A stretch of 64,000 nucleotides of DNA, taken from assembly GCA_000708835.1 (NCBI GenBank), contig DF237243.1:1-64000 (forward strand), written 5' to 3'. Under the pieces are notes generated by a model, which was not told the DNA's origin, did not search any database, and was given only the letters and a program-made list of their open reading frames with translations. Both the position numbers and the translations under genes were made by a program. Source of the stretch: Klebsormidium nitens. Lineage: Eukaryota > Plantae > Klebsormidiophyceae. Of the stretch, positions 30,429 to 41,681 are shown piece after piece. Numbering within the stretch: position 1 is the stretch's first letter; every line of letters starts with the position of its first letter.

Positions 30429-33400
30429 CTAATAGCTCCGGCTATTCGCAAACCGCTTCTCAAACCGGACGACCTTCACCTCTACCGGGTCGTCGTCATC
30501 GTCTAGCCCCTTCCTGAACGCCGCCACTTCTATCGAAGTCGCTCCAAACTTCATCTGGACGTCGAACGAGCGCTGGCCACGTGGCATTATTCCCAGATCG
30601 ATGGAAAACCCGAAGCTTTCTTCCACTCCGTTGTCATCTGCAAACTTGGGATTCCGCTTGTCTGTCGTCAGCAGAGTGACGGAACTCTGAGTGTCGTCGA
30701 GTCGCGAGGGGTTGAAAGTGTGGCTGATCTTGGAGTCCACAGGGACCTGCTCAAAAGGACACGCAGAGACCATTCAAAACTCACCATTAAAAACGCCGTT
30801 CAGTGCAATCATTTTCATCAATCTAAATTCGTGAATGATAATAAACAGACCCGGGTCCAAATGCTCTTTGGAAACTCGGAGTGGACAACCAAGAAAAGTC
30901 CGTTCTTTCGGCGCAGAATCGTTTTCACGCGTAGGCAGCCCTGTTTTGGCCGGGTAAAGTGCAAGCGTTCCGCTTTTGCAGGTATTTCTGATGTGTAGGG
31001 GGTGCTCAATGACAGATGGGAAACCTGAAAATTCGAGCCGCCCAAGTTCTCTCGTTCAGAAGGGGCCATTCGGGCCATGTGATAACGTTTTTAAAGCACT
31101 AACTAATCTACCTTATTGCAAAGTTTAGGACTTTCCGAGCATCCTAAAAAGAAAGTGTGCCAGAGCCTGACGCATTGTGGCAACGATTCACTAGGAGAGC
31201 CCCGGAAACGGGTCACGTGAAGGCCAGACAAGGTGATAGAAAGCCCTGTTTAAGCAATCTACAGACGTGAAGAGGAGAGAAGAAGAGAAGAAAGTAGAGA
31301 AGAAAGAGAAGACGGAAGCGTGTTAGCACGCTTGATCACGTATCCATTATTATCGTGCTTTTCACGCCAACGCATCTGGGCTCCCCAGAATGATGCAGAT
31401 TAGCGGGCTATTCGCGAATGTGAGGTGTGTGTGGGTTGTCCAACCACACGCGTTCGGCTAGGCCATCCGGCATCACAGCGTTGTTTCCTTGTGCCACGCT
31501 GATTCGTTGCGAAAGGCACCAAGACAGAAAAGAAAAGACCCAGATAGTAATATGATTACCATAAAACACCAGAAACTAGTCTGTAGCATTTCTTGATTGA
31601 TGCGCAAACACTTAGAACGCGTAGGAATAGGCGCATTTTGTATAACCGGTGAAGCTCGAACAACATGCGCGTTACATGCAGATGAAGGACAATAGTATGG
31701 ATCTCTACCTGCTCGCCGTTGCGCACGAACACGTGGAACGAGCCCCTGACGTAGAAGCAGCCGTGGTCCTCGTGGAGGAATTTTTTCTCTTCGGGGTCGC
31801 CCTTTTCGAATGGGCGGTCGCACTTTATTCCGTACGTCTTGCGCGAGGTGCGCTCCGCGATGATGGACGGGTCCAGCCCGAACAGGACCGCGCCCTGACA
31901 GATGGCCGTGCCTGGAGAAAAAGATTAGGAGGGGGTTGAGAATGGCAGGACGTTGAAGATGGGTCAAGATTGGGGTTTGGGTCCAGCCCAACAGGACCGC
32001 GCCCTGGCAGATGGCCGTGCCTGGAGAAAGGGGTAAAGAGAAGGTTAAGTTGGACTGCGCCCAAAGAGCGGGCAGGGGAAACCAATCGGGGAAAGGTGAA
32101 CATGGAAAAAGGCGATGATTTACAGAGGATGGCCAGCACTGTATAGGTCAAACGGTGGCCCGACCTCGTAGATCAGCAAGATCGATTGGTTTCTCAAGTA
32201 AGGCCCCAGTCCGCCTTACCTGTCTCGGGCGGCGTCACGAGGTTGGCCAACCGGGGCGCAAAAGCTTCCTATAATCATTTCATAAATCTGGGCAACCGGT
32301 AGAAACCCGCGACCATAACTTCCGGGTTTCATTTTGGCTCTTACCTGGCTCCGGGGGCGTCACCATAAAGGCCATCGGTGCGCAATCGCTTTCGTGACCT
32401 TTCCACAAACTTGCGCGACCGGTAAAACCCCCCGCCCAAACCTTTCTGGCCTCGTTCTTTGGAGTCTAACCTCGCTCCGAGGGCGTCACGATATCGGCCA
32501 CCCGGCACGCAAAAGCGTTCTTGATTATTTCACAGACTTTTGCGACCGCGCATATTCCCCGACCAAAGCTTTCTTGCCTCAATTTGAGTCGTACCTGGCT
32601 CCGGGGGCGTCACAATATTTGCCACCCTGTGCGCAAGAGCTTTCATGACCATTTCGCGCAAAACATATCCTGACAATCTCATAAACCTCGATGACTGGGG
32701 AAGTTCCCCAACCAGACCTTTTTGGCTTCATTTTTACTCTTACCTGGCTCGGGCGGCGTAACGATGTTAGCCACCCTGTGTGCGAACGTGTCGGTCACGC
32801 GCTTGATGAGGTACGGCGACTGGGAGAACCCCCCGACCAAAAACAGCTGGTCGCACTTGGGGCTCGCCGCCAGCTGCGCGTCGATGAGCGCCAAAATCTT
32901 GTCCAGCGTCGGGTCGAAGATGGAGCGCAGCTCCGCGGGACTAATGATCAGCCGGTCCCTGCGGAGAGGACGGGATCCGGCAGTTACTTGGGCGGATTCC
33001 GGCGATCTGCGGACACCGGGAAGAGCAGATCAAATTGCGCACCAAAAGCATAGCCAGATCGGGTGGAGGGCAGCTCCTCAGGGGTGATGATCAGCCGGTG
33101 CCTGCGGAAAGAACGGATTCCGGCGGTCAAGTATGGACGGATTCCGCAATAAATCTGGGCGGAGCCCTTCGCTCTGCAGGCAATGAGAAGAGCAGGCCAA
33201 ATTGCGCACCGACGGAATAACAGCGTCATGCAAGTCGAAGATGGAGCGCAGCTCCGCGGGGGTGATGATCAGCCGGTCCCTGCGGATCCGGCAGATCGGA
33301 GTCGGCCGGCCAGAAGAAAAGGACAGAGTGCGTTTCAAAGGGTTAATATTTCCAACCGGATAAGGAGCATACGAGGCGGGGGTGATACATGGCCGGCCCC

Positions 33401-36400
33401 TGCAGGAAGACAGTCCGGCGGATCACTTGGGGATCACAGTCGGGTCTTGAACGAGACCTGATTCAGGACGGAAAGCAGGCCGAAAGCTTTTGGTGGTCAA
33501 GACAGAAGCGCGGCGGAATCCAAGCGTGCTGCTTCAAGGTTTAGAAGACCTGCCAGCCGTGAGATAAATCTGAGCGATCGGTCGCTGAGCGTCGGATGAG
33601 AAACTCTCACTTCTGAGCGGTACAAATTTCGGCAAAATCATAAGGCCAGATGATTGAATGACGTCGGAATGCAAAACGCACCTGTCCTCAAACACCTCGG
33701 AGTCTTCCTTTTCCCACATGGCCGCCAGCCTGGCCGGCAGGTCGAACACGACCGGGTTGCCCGCGCCGCTGAAGCCGCGCTTCTGCTGCTCCCACCACGA
33801 CATGAGCAGCACCATCTGGCGCGGGTGGGCGTCCAGGAAGCGCTCCAGGCACGGGATGCGGTCGCCCAGAAACTCCAGGAACGCGCCGTCCACGTAGGTG
33901 CCCCCGCACAGGTCGCCGCTGCCGCGCGACACCTCGCGCAGCGAGCGGTCCATCTTCTCTTGCACGATCAGGTCCGCCGTGCCGCCGCCCACGTCTGCGA
34001 ACAATGGTCGAATGGTCAGTCGGGATGGCACTACCACTTTAGGACCGCTTACTCTCCAAGGATGCAGATGAGTACCGGAAGATCAGCAGGATCCAAGGAG
34101 AGGCAAAAGACACAATAAGAAAGAGAGGTCTTTCGGTACGAACAGGTCCGTCCCACCTTTCTTGGAAAACATCTCAAAACAGATTCAGAAGGGACAAGAT
34201 CGTAAGTATGTGTTGAATTGAATAGAGAGGTGGAATCGCTTGTTTGAACGCCCGCGGATTTGAAAGTCAGCCGCCGACGTCTGCAGAGGCGTATGAGAGT
34301 AGCTCAGAACGAAGCAGATGACCAAGAGGATGTAGATGAAGCAGTCAAGCGCCCGAGTACGTGTGCTAACGCACCTGCCTACTTCCCAAGATCCATGACA
34401 CGTTATTAGGGGTTGAAAGGAACGGACTCTTCGCCTACCTCGATGAAGTCGAACCCGCATAACACCCGGCCAGTGTTGTGAGGGTGAACAACGTTGTGAA
34501 CGCGGGATGCTCCTATCATGACTCTCGATTCCCAATTCGTGTTCGCAAAACGCATCTGATACTTGAGCATTCCTTGAGGCCGCATCGCACACCCACCTGG
34601 GGTGTGGAACAATCCGCGACGGTTGTTTCGCACCTGCACGGCTGCCCGTGTACCTTGTCGCAAGGTGAAAAAAATACGGAACAGACAAGGAGAAAGCAGA
34701 TCTAGAGCCCAACTGCAATGGAAAAGTTCCCCGCGCTTGATCCCTGCCCTGCTGGCCGCCCTGCGCTTGTCGTAAAGAAGGAAGTAAAGCATGAAAACAA
34801 GTGAGTACGACATAAGAGCCCACCTGCGATCAAGAACACGTCGCCGCGCTTGATTCCCCCCCTGGCGGCCGCCATGTGTTTGTCGCAGTAGACGGCGGCC
34901 GCCTCGGGCTCGAGCACGATGAGCAGCGGGTGCGGGCTCGCGCCGGGGCCGATCAGCCCCGCCGCCTCCGCGATGCGCCGCATCTCCTGCTTCGCGGGCT
35001 CGTCCCAAATGGCGGGCACGGTCAGGCACCACTGGATGTCGGACTGCGGGGAAGAGTTCCCGGTTCTGAGAGGTTTACCTTTCTGGACCTTTGCGTCAAC
35101 ACCGAGTCGAAGATCGAGAATGGTCGAGATGGTAATGTTCTTTGCCAGAGAGGAGAAGATGGAGCCGAGATTGAGCCCGAAAGAGTTCGAACATGAGGAT
35201 AAGATTGCGCTGGTCGTTATGTGAATGTCAAGCACTATTGGATGACGGACTGCAGGGATGAAGGTTTCGGACCTGAGGAATTCTCCGGATTTTGGAAGCG
35301 AAAGGAAGTGGAAAGTTGCAAAGCGGATTCCTCTAGAGAATGTGACTGCTGCTGGGTGTTTGTGACTGCCAAGCTCCATGACATTTTGGACTACTGTGAC
35401 TAGGGTTTGTGGTTCAAGGGGCAGCCTCGAATGGTTGAGTCGTCTCGCGGTGGAGGTCTCGACAGGAACGGTACTCTTGAGTATGGAAGGAGGTCTTAAT
35501 CAATGTCAGGCACCGCTGGGGCTGGTTTTGTGACAGGAAGGGTTCAAGGGAACGGTTCAAAGTCCCCCGCATAAGTAAGTTAAATGCAGGTACGCCTCCA
35601 GCTTAGCTTGAGTCTCAATTAGGTTCCATTATCTCTACTCCGAAGAACATCCGGTTTCACCAAGTATGGGAAAAGCCGGAAACTCCCCCCCACCTTTCCG
35701 ATGCACGCCCCCAGCTTGGCCTGGAATTCTTCGACAACCCCTTTTCCAGTCTCTCTACTCAAGAATACCACCCGCATGTTTGCAAGAGCACGAAAACCGC
35801 GGGAATCGCCCCCTTAAATTTTTGCTATACGCCTCCAGCTTGGCCTGAACCTGTTTCCCATTCTCTCTACTTCAGACAGAAATACTACCCGCATATTCGC
35901 AAGAGCATAAAAATTCGGAGCTCCCTCCCACCTTTTTGATATACGCCCCCAGCTTGGCCTGGATCTCCTTGACGGCCATGGCCCCCATCTCCGCTAGGTA
36001 CTCCGACAGCACGCGCCGCACCGTCAGCCCCTCCGGCAGCTGCAGCCCCTCCCCCCCGCGCGCGTACTCCACGCTCGCCAGGTAAAGCTTCACGCGGCTC
36101 AGCATCACCTGCAAACGAAAAAGCTCGCGTTACTAGTTTCCCACACGTTTGGTTAGTGAAGCTTTCAAGATTTAGTACACACTATGTGGAAGCTGTTGGA
36201 GTGTGGGAATCTGCTCACGTTAACTAAGCCCGTTTAGTAAGGTTCAAGCTTCCTCCTTCTTCAACGACTTTCGGAATTGTGCCTAGCGACCGTCTCCATC
36301 GTTGTCGCTTGAAAGCAGGGCCTTATGAACCTTATCCCGAGAGCCGCGATGGTCCTGGACCACAAAGTGTCAGATGCCAATAGCTCATCAGCATACAAAC

Positions 36401-36968
36401 GAGGCTTTGACGCTGACAGTGTTTCACGTCTCAAAGGAGCGACCAAGCCTTTGGTTTTTACCCCTGCTTATCCCTGTTTTGACAGCCACATGCGACCAAG
36501 CCTTCTGCGCGCATGCAGTTGAGGACGTCTGGAAAACCTGAGCCCGGACTCGGCATCTACATTTTACCTTTTCAGACGATGAAAACGATTCGAGGTTCAG
36601 GGAAGATTGCAGTGATTCTTTGCAGGGACGTCTTGTCATGATCACCCCACCTGCCGCCCCTCCCCGGTGTCTTGCCCCGGGCCCAAGTAGTCCAGGTGGC
36701 GCAGCATAGCGGGGTATCCGATCTCCAGCAACTTCCAGCCACCCCCCGGAGAAGTCTCCTGGTATAGAGACGTGGTGGAAGTCTTGCAATAAGGGCGACC
36801 GATTGCCTCCACTTGCCCCGGCCAGTTGTATTCGCCGTAAATGTTCCCCGGGTCACGCCGGTAGGCGTAGAAGAAGCCGGAGTACGTTGTCCCGAGGTCG
36901 ATCGCGGCGACCACTGGGGAGGGGGCCAGGCTCACGGACTCCAGAGCGTGCCGCGCGTCTTCCACCAT
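30429..36968 (-). CDS. Atypical Hsp70 (HSPA12-like actin/Hsp70-fold ATPase), ~587 aa, 7 exons
   Basis: Exons 36968-36651, 36108-35932, 35043-34824, 33994-33682, 32958-32744, 31911-31709, 30746-30429; total 1,764 nt. Motifs: AIDLGTTYSG, NWPG...CKT-T, WCLTVPAIW...AKQEMRR, LEPEAAA, DVGGGTAD, CGGTYVD, VGGFSQSPY, AICQGAV, R-SRKTYG. These are typical of the HSPA12 subgroup rather than canonical DnaK. Confidence 0.88.
31975..32030 (-). repeat. Intronic copy of Hsp70-like exon 6 start including acceptor
   Basis: gggtccagcccaacaggaccgcgccctggcagatggccgtgcctggagaaa nearly equals 31869-31920. The offset is 109 nt and the copy has a 1-nt deletion. Confidence 0.85.
32205..32745 (-). repeat. Four degenerate ~125-nt tandem copies of Hsp70-like exon 5 3' end plus donor
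   Basis: Unit (c)ttacctggctc(c)gg(g)ggcgtcac...gccaccc...gcgc(aa) at about 32215, 32340, 32466 and 32590; the true donor is at 32743. Confidence 0.85.
33060..33420 (-). repeat. Three degenerate copies of Hsp70-like exon 5 start plus acceptor
   Basis: ggagcgcagctccgcgggggtgatgatcagccggtccctgcgg-like units with acceptors at 33102, 33280 and 33400; the true acceptor is at 32959. Confidence 0.85.
35585..35960 (-). repeat. Three degenerate ~120-nt copies of Hsp70-like exon 2 3' end
   Basis: (t)acgcc(c/t)ccagctt(g/a)gc(c/t)tg at about 35590, 35704 and 35828; the true copy is at 35942. The 35690 copy keeps the donor (cccac). Confidence 0.8.
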
Positions 36969-39153
36969 CTCTGAAAGACGGGGTAGAAGTTACTCTTGGT
37001 GTGGCTGTGTTTGTATCTTACTACTTGTCGCAAAAGAGTTGCTCCCGGTGTGCCTATATAGATACTTACATTTTACGTTCAAAGGGGATTGCCTGGAGCG
37101 GGCAAGAAGTGGACCTGTGTGCAAACTTCAACTGTCTTCTTTCGGAGAACCTCTGTGGTTTGATTGCAAGAAGAGGTATTGGTGCTATCTGGCGCTTCCG
37201 GTCGCTTCTTCGAACGGGGTCCTGCTTACATATTTTCGAAGAGTTGCTTCTTTGGCAGGGCAGGCCTGTTTTTGATGCATTTGGGCGGTGGAGAAACAAC
37301 CTTACTCTTTAACAGAGGCACTTCTGGGTCTTCCGAACTGCTACTTTGGAGGAGCGCCCCTTGCAGATTGGAGAACCGGAACTTAGTTACGCTTTAAATC
37401 ATGGAAGCGAAGAGGACACTCCCTGTGAAAGAGAGTTTCAGGAAGTCGAGTTCGTAGCTCGACTCGAGTTCCTGTCACATCAATGGCAGCATCGACTTGA
37501 TGATGGAAGACTGACTGCTAGAACGAAGTTTTCCGAAACGCGTCCGAAACGTGCGCACTTGTGTGTTTGGATGTGACTAGAGATGTGACTGGAGGCGCTT
37601 GCCTTCTCCCGTCCACGACCAATACCCCCCCGGCAGTTAGATCAGTAGGTACCCTACCTTGATACACACGCAGAAGCGGATCTCAAAAGTGTCTCAAAGG
37701 ATCTGGATTCCCGAATAGATAACAGATCAGTTCATGACAGCCGGTACAAGTTCTCAGTACGAGTATCCCACTCCGACATTTTGTCCCTGGTAAAAGCCCT
37801 CACTGGGCCTTCGAGGATGACACTTCTCACGTCATCATGGGAACCCCAACTCTATTCCCGGGGTGAGCATTAACGGTGTCTCGTCCGGCTTGACTTCGTC
37901 TCTCCCTTCCGTTGGTGTCGAGCGTCCTTCTCCGCCACACCTCTAACTTCTGGGCTTCCCCTGGCGGCTTCTACAATCGGCAGCCTGCTCTATAGAAAGC
38001 ACTGTACTAGATGCATCTGGCCGCTTACTCTCCCGAAGTTTGCAGCTTGGAAGACCTGAGCACACGTTCCCCCGCCGTCTTCCCCGCTCGTGACCCAAGA
38101 CTATGCGGTGAGAAGCCTTAAGTGCGCACGTCTTACGAAAACTATACATAAGGCTTCGGCGTAACCTTGTCGAACAAGCAGCGGACAGTACCGAACGGTG
38201 CTGCCGAGACTAGCTCTGCGTGCTCGTCTGAGAGCCCCTCCATAGACTGCATGCGATCATTTTAGACTCTGAGATGGTCTTGCCGTTATGCCGCCAGCTA
38301 TTACTTGGTTCTTGACGAACTCTCTATCCTCTGTTAAGCAGTCACAAGAATGTGCAGTCGACTTTGCGGAAGGATCTGGCAGGATCACAACAAGCCCGGG
38401 CGTGCGCAATGGGGTTCAATCGTTGGTGCACTCACAAACGTATAACAAGTATAAAGCTTGTCATAAGTTCGGCAAAATCAGCAGGCAACGCAATCGTGTT
38501 TGGAAAGACTTGGCAGTTTGAATAATTGGATAGGTAGTCATCAGTAGTCGATAAAGACGGGATAACGATGGTCATGAGAGGCAGAAGAAGCTGTGGAGCA
38601 CGAATCCGTGATCTTCCACCGACAAGTATTTGCACGAGCGTTTCCCAGTTGTGATGTATAAGCGGACCAAAGTGCTCCTTTTGGTCCCCGAAGAAAGCTG
38701 AGGCCGACGTGAATTCTTTGTGATGGTCAGACACAGTCAACCAAATGTGCACCACACGATCATGCCTTCACATTGTAAGGCAAGCGTTCTTCAGACCGAG
38801 CCTGTGTCGGTTACGGTCGGAATGGAATCTTGTACGAAGATCGGAAAGTCGAATCACTGAAAGGCGAGGCTTGTGGCCACGTAAGATAGACAGGCTTAAT
38901 GAAGATAGCATAGTATCATGGTGACGCAGTTTTGAAGTAGCTCGACAAGCCCAAGAAGCTGGTAAGTTTTAGGTATGAATATCGAGATAAGCTTACAGGC
39001 CTTGCCAACTGTCGAACAGGAACCCGCACATGCTACCACACCATCATCTGCATCAGTATTTCAAGTTGAAGCAGCATAGACAAGGGCGAGTACGTTTTAG
39101 CACCTCGCACAATAGCGGGCGTGTACAGAACCAAAACAAACTTCAAAATGAAA

Positions 39154-41049
39154 TTATGCATAGTGTTTACTGTCATCCTCACTTACAGGGGGTCCACTAC
39201 TTGACGGAAGGCAATCGAACTCTCGAATTTCTTGGAGGATTCGCCGTTCTGCGAAAGCCTGCAGGATCAGAAGAAAGGCCTCGTAAGCTGCCTGGACAAA
39301 CTGCTCACGAAATGCATATTGAGGATGCCTCCTGCATTCGATTTTTAAATGCTTGTCGATGAACACGCTTAAGTTCGAGGCAGCTTTAGTGTCGGGTCAG
39401 AACATTCCGAAACTGTTTCAGTCTCGAAAAGCGGGCCCATCAAATGAGCATCGCAAAAGGCGGCTCGGTTGCGGATGTCGAACTGGCCGTCGAAAATCGA
39501 CCAATCGCGACAGACTCATGTACAGCGGAGGTAGGTGTTTGTGGAGCCCATACAGCGCCTTTGGAAGTGATGCAAGACAAAAAGTTGACTGCGCGCAACC
39601 ATTCCGTTTGATCCACTCAGGGACTCAAAACGTTGCAGTCAATCAAGGACCTACTTTCAAAACCATTGGCTTCAACCATGTGTATTAGTTAGTGAGCTTC
39701 CACGTTAGTGAGGAGCCTTGGCAACCTCCAGTATACTGTGTGAGTTGATTTGCAGCCAAATCGAAGCGGAGGTGTGATCAGCTCCAATGCTTGGTCGAAA
39801 TAAGCGTTCTGTGACAGCAGTGAGTGGGTCAAACGAGAGCGTGGTCACAGATGTTAAAAGATAGCGGATCTGTCGACTTCACCTCTATCGAAGAAGAGTT
39901 GGACGGCAGGCTGCACGCCAGGAATATTTGACATCCCGTCCGTTTGGAAAGCCTCTGTGCCATCAGAGCCCCCGCATCCCCTCCTTTGGTTATCAGCTGC
40001 GCAACGCTTGGCTGCGGGTCGAATTTGGTTGGTACGGCTGCGTAGAGACTTCCGAAGGCCGCAGAGTTGCACCCAACCCAAACGTAGTACTGCGGGCATG
40101 TGAGACACGCATATTTAGCAAGTCAGACGTTTTGATGAGCTTGTTGTTGAGGCCCCTTCTTGATCTGTACGCCAGAAAGACGTCTATTCTGCCCAGATGA
40201 AGCAGGGCTTTCTGTGGGTTAATATATATCACTGCCAGATGATGAAATGATCTTGCCTGCTTGAAGCCGAAACCCGGGCAGCCTTTTCAAAATAGACAGT
40301 TTGCACCAAAGGTTGGTAGTGGTGGTAGTGGTATCTTTAAAAGGAGGTGGTGGATCAGGCAGTTGAACACTGTCTGGAGAGTCCGCAGATGTGTTTTCAT
40401 GACTCCACATAATGAACACTTCAAAGAACGAAGTGAGCCTGAGTCGACCATGCAGGAGGCCCGCTGCCTATGTGGAGTCGCCCATATATTTGTAAGTGTA
40501 GACTACATCACCAGAGCACTAAGCCACAGTGAGATTTTCCTAGATCGCTACTAGGAGGTGTCAACCAGGGAAACAATTGGGTTTTCAGCATGATCAACGA
40601 TGTCAAGGTGGAATCAAACATCATCGCTTTGACCCTGTAAGATAAAGGATTTTGTTACATTTTCAACGTTTTGCCTGCTTGATGTAGCTTTTGCAGAAGG
40701 AAGTTGTTCTTGCCAGTTCCGCCAGATGATGCATGTGGAGAGCAAACTGCCAACACGTATGGTCAACAGCAAATCCCCAGCATGTTGATTATGAGGAAAG
40801 AAGCCCCTTCTCCCCTCCTCAAGCCTTTACTTTATTCTACTTGAAAGCTCTGGTCACATACTTTTTGTCATTGAATCCAATATCAGACTCTGTGCTTACC
40901 TGCTGTTCAAATTTGATAATCTGAAAGTGCACCACCACATCTGAAGCTTCCTCGCTAAAGCACCTCTGCACAATGCCCAGCTGTTGCTCATGTGTCACAG
41001 GCGTAGCTTCAGCAGCCTCCGCCCCAGCTTTTACACCCTGCTCCGCCAT
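39154..41049 (-). CDS. PSMG4: Proteasome assembly chaperone 4 (PAC4/PSMG4), ~153 aa, 3 exons
   Basis: Exons 41049-40900, 40089-39883, 39258-39154, all phase 0. The protein reads ...CFSEEASDVVVHFQIIKFEQQ|YYVWVGCNSAAFGSLYAAVPT...MAQRLSKRTGCQIFLACSLP...E|AFAERRILQEI, which follows the plant PAC4 pattern (CFSE...HFQII...YVWIGCN...ARRL..KTG...LACN.P). An alternative donor within the last exon is possible. Confidence 0.85.
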
Positions 41050-41681
41050 TGATCCAACTCTGCTTTAGGCACAATGGTCTGCGTGGCGCCTCTTGTGCAT
41101 TCCTGAATCCTGAGTGGCTTTTATCCTCTGGTCTGGCCAACTGTTCTATGATAATGTTCTATGATGTTCTGTTGTCAGTTCTAAATGCTTGAAATGCTGC
41201 GAAAATCAAAAACTCTTGACAAAACATTGATGCTGAAGAGAAAGCAGTTTTTAGGACGATTTTAGGGGGTGTCCAAATTCAAACCCAATCTGCTGAAACC
41301 GCAGAGGATTCCTCATCTGGAAATGCGAGTTTGGCAGCCGGGTCTTCTTCATTTGTTGGTGTGAATGCACACGTTCCTCTGCGTGAACAAGCACGGAGCC
41401 AGGTTCAAATCCAAGTCATGGATCTGTCACTTCAAGTTGTGGCAGAAATTGTTTACTGTACAGTCTATACTGAACGCATTTGCAATTTGCATGAAAACTG
41501 CAGTCCTGAGCTTGTCATTGAATGGCATTGGTGAGGACTTATTCAGGAAGATGTCTTCAGAAGGTCAATAATATTGAGCCGTCCAAGCTTCTTACCTACG
41601 CGTCGCTCAATGGGGCGCCACTAGAAGGGCCACAATTAAGGCTGTCTGCTGGTTTACTCAGACCGACCTTTGTGAAGCAGC
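41050..41681. promoter_or_regulatory. Shared divergent promoter region of PAC4 and cereblon
   Basis: The start codons are about 630 nt apart in head-to-head orientation. An acceptor-like site just upstream of the CRBN ATG suggests a 5'UTR intron. Confidence 0.55.

Noticed and set aside
32205-33420. Regularly spaced repeats superficially like a CRISPR array
   Set aside because: The units are long, degenerate copies of adjacent exon sequence without unique spacers, the context is eukaryotic, and no cas genes are present.
38432-38755. 107-aa minus-strand ORF downstream of PAC4
   Set aside because: It has no ATG start, no motif and no codon bias.
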